Shown: positions 61,447 to 64,000 of the stretch, one piece after another
Position numbering within the stretch: the stretch's first letter is position 1
How the letters are laid out: each line of letters begins with the position of its first letter
DNA from: Pirellulales bacterium
Lineage (GTDB): Bacteria; Planctomycetota; Planctomycetia; Pirellulales; UBA1268
NCBI GenBank assembly: GCA_040397585.1
Contig: JBBAVS010000003.1
Span: 5,169 to 69,168 of the forward strand
DNA length: 64,000 nucleotides
Reading direction: 5' to 3'
Program-made: the position numbers and the translations under genes
Notes under the pieces: model-generated
What the model was told of the DNA's origin: nothing
What the model saw: only the letters and a program-made list of their open reading frames with translations
Database searches by the model: none

Positions 61447-62732
61447 GCGGCGGAGACGAACTCGTCGCCGGGTCGCCCCGCCGGCTCGCCCAGCGGCTGG
61501 CCAACTTCGCGGAGCGACCGATCATGGCCTCGATCCGCTCGGGCGTGGCGGCGGTGGTGCCGCTGACGATCGTCGGCGGCCTGTTCATGCTCCTGGCCAA
61601 CCCGCCGCTGCCGGTTCTCGAGCGGCTGCTCGCCCCCTGGGCCGACCTGCTGCGGATTCCGGTCACCGCCACGTTCGGCATCCTGGGCCTGTTCGTCTGC
61701 CTCGCCGTGGCCCACGAGCTCGGTGGCCGCCGCGGTCAGGATCCGCTCTCGAGCACGATCCTCGCCGGCGCGAGTTTTTTGCTGCTCGCCGTCGACCCGG
61801 CGACCGGCCGGCTCGCCCCGGAGCCGCTCGGCTCGCAGGGGATCTTGGTGGCGATCCTCGTCGGCGTCGTGGCGGTGGAGGTGCAGGCCCTCCTCGCCCG
61901 TCGCGGCCTGGTGATCAAGATGCCGGCGGGCGTGCCCCGGATCATCTACGAGTCGTTCGCGGCGCTGGTGCCGCTGACGGTGCTCGTGACCGGCTTCTGG
62001 TGCCTGCGGTTCGTGCTGGGCATCGACCTGGCGGCCGTGGTCGAGCGGATCTTCCGGCCGCTCGTGTTCGCCCTCGACACGCTGCCCGGGATCGTGACGT
62101 TCGCGTTTCTGGTCACGCTGCTCTGGTCGGTGGGCATCAACGGCGACAACGCCCTCGACCCGATCGTGGGCCCGTTCTTCCTGCAGTACCTGGCCGCGAA
62201 CGTGGAGGCCTGGGAGCGGGGCGCGCCGCCGCCCCATCCGACGGCCCTCGGGTTCTTCACCACCTTCGTCAACGTCGGCGGCACCGGCGCGACGCTCGCG
62301 CTGGCACTGGTGCTGCTCAACTCCCGCAATCCGGTCCATCGCCGCGTCAGCCGGCTCTCGCTGCCCGCGCAGGTGTTCCAGATCAATGAGCCGTTGTTCT
62401 TCGGCCTGCCGGTCGTGCTCAATCCGATCCTGATGCTGCCCTACGTGATCAACGCGGTGCTCCTGGCCGGCGCCACGTTCCTGCTGATGGAGTGGGGCCT
62501 CGTGGGCCGGCCGGTGGTCGGTATTCCCTGGACCACGCCGCCGATCGTCGGCCACTACCTCGCCACGGGAGGCGACTGGCGGGCCGCCGCGTGGGGCGGC
62601 GTGTCGATCCTCGTGGCGATGGCGGTCTACTGGCCCTTCGTCCGGCTCTGGGAGCGGCAGGGGGTCGGGCCGGACCCGGCAGCGGAGCCGTCGTCCGCCG
62701 GGTCGAAAACCCTGCCGCGGAGCCAGCCATGA
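61443..62732 (+). CDS. PTS EIIC-type permease (lactose/cellobiose/chitobiose family), stand-alone
   Basis: Its ATG overlaps the GH84 stop as ATGA. The profile is polytopic and hydrophobic. LANFAERPIMASIRSGVAAVVPLTIVGGLFMLLANPP and SVGINGDNALDPIVGPFFLQYLAANVEAWERG resemble ChbC/CelB-type EIIC. Confidence 0.8.
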   Translation: MSGGDELVAGSPRRLAQRLANFAERPIMASIRSGVAAVVPLTIVGGLFMLLANPPLPVLERLLAPWADLLRIPVTATFGILGLFVCLAVAHELGGRRGQDPLSSTILAGASFLLLAVDPATGRLAPEPLGSQGILVAILVGVVAVEVQALLARRGLVIKMPAGVPRIIYESFAALVPLTVLVTGFWCLRFVLGIDLAAVVERIFRPLVFALDTLPGIVTFAFLVTLLWSVGINGDNALDPIVGPFFLQYLAANVEAWERGAPPPHPTALGFFTTFVNVGGTGATLALALVLLNSRNPVHRRVSRLSLPAQVFQINEPLFFGLPVVLNPILMLPYVINAVLLAGATFLLMEWGLVGRPVVGIPWTTPPIVGHYLATGGDWRAAAWGGVSILVAMAVYWPFVRLWERQGVGPDPAAEPSSAGSKTLPRSQP

Positions 62733-63793
62733 CGAGCATCCTCGCGACCGGCCACGAGTTCACCACGATCTTCGGCCGCAACCTCCTCGGCGAGATTCCC
62801 GCGATCGCCCGGCCGCCGTATCTGGTGGTCACGATGGCCGACCTCTGGGAGAAGTTCCGGCACCACTTCACCGGCGACCTGGCCGGGCCGTATTTCGTCC
62901 ACACGATCGACGGCGCCGAGCTGGCCGCCGAGCTGCCGGCGCTGCCCGCCTGCGGCTCGGTGGTGGGACTGGGCGGCGGCCAGGCGATCGACGTGGCGAA
63001 GTTCATCGCCTGGTCGCGAAGGCTGCCGCTGTTCCAGATTCCGACGTCGCTGTCGGTCGACGCGGCCTACGGCCACCGGGCCGGGCTGCGCTACGGGGGC
63101 TACGTGAAGTACGTCGGCTTCGCCGTGCCCGAGGCGGTGTATGTCGATTTCGACGTGATCGCGGCCGCGCCGCCCCACCTCAACCGCAGCGGGATCTGCG
63201 AGGTGCTCTGCTTCCATACGGCCCACGCCGACTGGCGGCTGGCCCGCGACCGCGGCCGCACGCCCGCGAAGTGGCCCTACGACCAGCGGCTCGTCGACGA
63301 GGCCCAGGGCGTGATGCGGGGGGTGCTGGAGCGGCTCGACGACATCCACGCCGTGAACGAGGCCGGCATCCGCACGCTGGCGACGGCGCAGCGCTGGGCC
63401 GGGGCCTCCTTCCACAACGCCGGCTGGAACCCCTGCCATATCGAGGCCACCGACCACTTCGTCTTCTATGCGTTGGAGTATTTCACCGGCCGGAAGTTCC
63501 TCCACGGGCAGCCGGTCTGCCTGGGGATCGTGGTCGGCTCGATGCTGCACGACGACCGGGCCGACGAGATGCTGGCGGCGATCCGCCGCGTGGGCGTGGA
63601 CATCCGGCCCGAGGCGATGGGCATCGGCTGGGACGATGTCGCCTTCGCCCTCACGCGGATCCGGTCGTTCGTCCGCGAGGCTGGGTTGTGGTATTCGATC
63701 CTCGACGAGGTGGAGATCACGCCCGCGTTCGTGGCCGCGCTGCGGGAGCGGATCACCGCGGCGTACGGCCCGTGGACGGAGCCATCGGCATGA
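62729..63793 (+). CDS. Iron-containing alcohol dehydrogenase superfamily protein, sn-glycerol-1-phosphate dehydrogenase (AraM/EgsA)-like
   Basis: Its ATG overlaps the EIIC stop as ATGA. NAD-binding VVGLGGGQAIDVAKFIA. IPTSLSVDAAYGHRAGL. DFDVIAAAPPHLNRSGICEVL...HADWRLA matches the G1PDH/AraM-type pattern (PTxxSxDG ... GxGD ... DWxLA) with substitutions. Confidence 0.75.
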   Translation: MTSILATGHEFTTIFGRNLLGEIPAIARPPYLVVTMADLWEKFRHHFTGDLAGPYFVHTIDGAELAAELPALPACGSVVGLGGGQAIDVAKFIAWSRRLPLFQIPTSLSVDAAYGHRAGLRYGGYVKYVGFAVPEAVYVDFDVIAAAPPHLNRSGICEVLCFHTAHADWRLARDRGRTPAKWPYDQRLVDEAQGVMRGVLERLDDIHAVNEAGIRTLATAQRWAGASFHNAGWNPCHIEATDHFVFYALEYFTGRKFLHGQPVCLGIVVGSMLHDDRADEMLAAIRRVGVDIRPEAMGIGWDDVAFALTRIRSFVREAGLWYSILDEVEITPAFVAALRERITAAYGPWTEPSA

Positions 63794-63872
63794 CGCGCTG
63801 CCCGACGCCCTTCGCATGATCGCGAAGGGCGCCGAGGCGCCGCCCCACCTGGCAGGCCGGGCTGCGGGAGCC

Positions 63873-64000
63873 CTACCAGGTGATCCGGATCGGCGTGACG
63901 AAACGGCGGACGGTGGTCATCGGCACCTCGTCGGTGTCGAGGGCGCGACGCTGGTAGAGCGTGTACAGGTCGCCGTCGTGGCTCGGCGTGACCTCGATCA
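63873..64000 (-). CDS. 3' end of an unidentified minus-strand gene running off the right edge
   Basis: The reverse frame is open to the window edge (...IEVTPSHDGDLYTLYQRRALDTDEVPMTTVRRFVTPIRITW-stop at 63873-63875), with mostly G/C at third positions. It is too short to classify. Confidence 0.3.
   Translation of the reverse strand, partial: IEVTPSHDGDLYTLYQRRALDTDEVPMTTVRRFVTPIRITW

Overview
Very GC-rich, gene-dense chromosomal segment with about 36 protein-coding genes. I recognised no rRNA, tRNA, CRISPR array, transposase or integrase. The family content points to a Planctomycetota genome: DUF1559 prepilin-like proteins, PSCyt/DUF1549/DUF1553 + DUF1501 pairs, a DUF1592-family giant, a PEP-CTERM protein, and many Sec/Tat signal peptides. 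Layout: (i) 1-7.8 kb, a minus-strand operon DUF1501 > DUF1549/Big_2/DUF1553 > CxxCH/WD40/PPC protein > ROK kinase > SIS isomerase. (ii) 7.9-20.3 kb, a cluster of secreted glycan-active-looking proteins: GH30 fused to an unknown ~700-aa region, a beta-helix protein, a CehA/PHP-like metallohydrolase, and two large orphans. (iii) 20.8-30.8 kb, two more PSCyt1/DUF1553 + DUF1501 pairs around a Tat-signal Gfo/Idh/MocA oxidoreductase. (iv) 30.9-43.7 kb, a 1363-aa DUF4091/GH123-like fusion, a second Tat oxidoreductase, a 1398-aa DUF1592-family protein, an amidohydrolase and a sulfatase. (v) 43.8-51 kb, a CusA-like RND metal-efflux operon with a tandemly duplicated (two-in-one) periplasmic adaptor, a His-rich TRASH-motif protein, a Cys-rich small ORF and leader hairpins, but no outer-membrane factor. 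(vi) 51.2-56.9 kb, a PEP-CTERM/dockerin-like repeat protein plus two DUF1559 + small-lipoprotein modules. (vii) 57.2-63.8 kb, a GATase1-like gene and a translationally coupled operon: C45 peptidase > GH84 (O-GlcNAcase-like)-GNAT fusion > orphan PTS EIIC > G1P-dehydrogenase-like protein. The best candidates for undescribed biology are the GH84-GNAT/EIIC operon and the fused-double-adaptor metal-efflux system with its Cys/His accessory genes. All calls rest on motif recognition by eye; no database search was possible. The ORF track uses GTG as well as ATG starts, so starts were re-picked where a signal peptide, RBS or ATG was visible.
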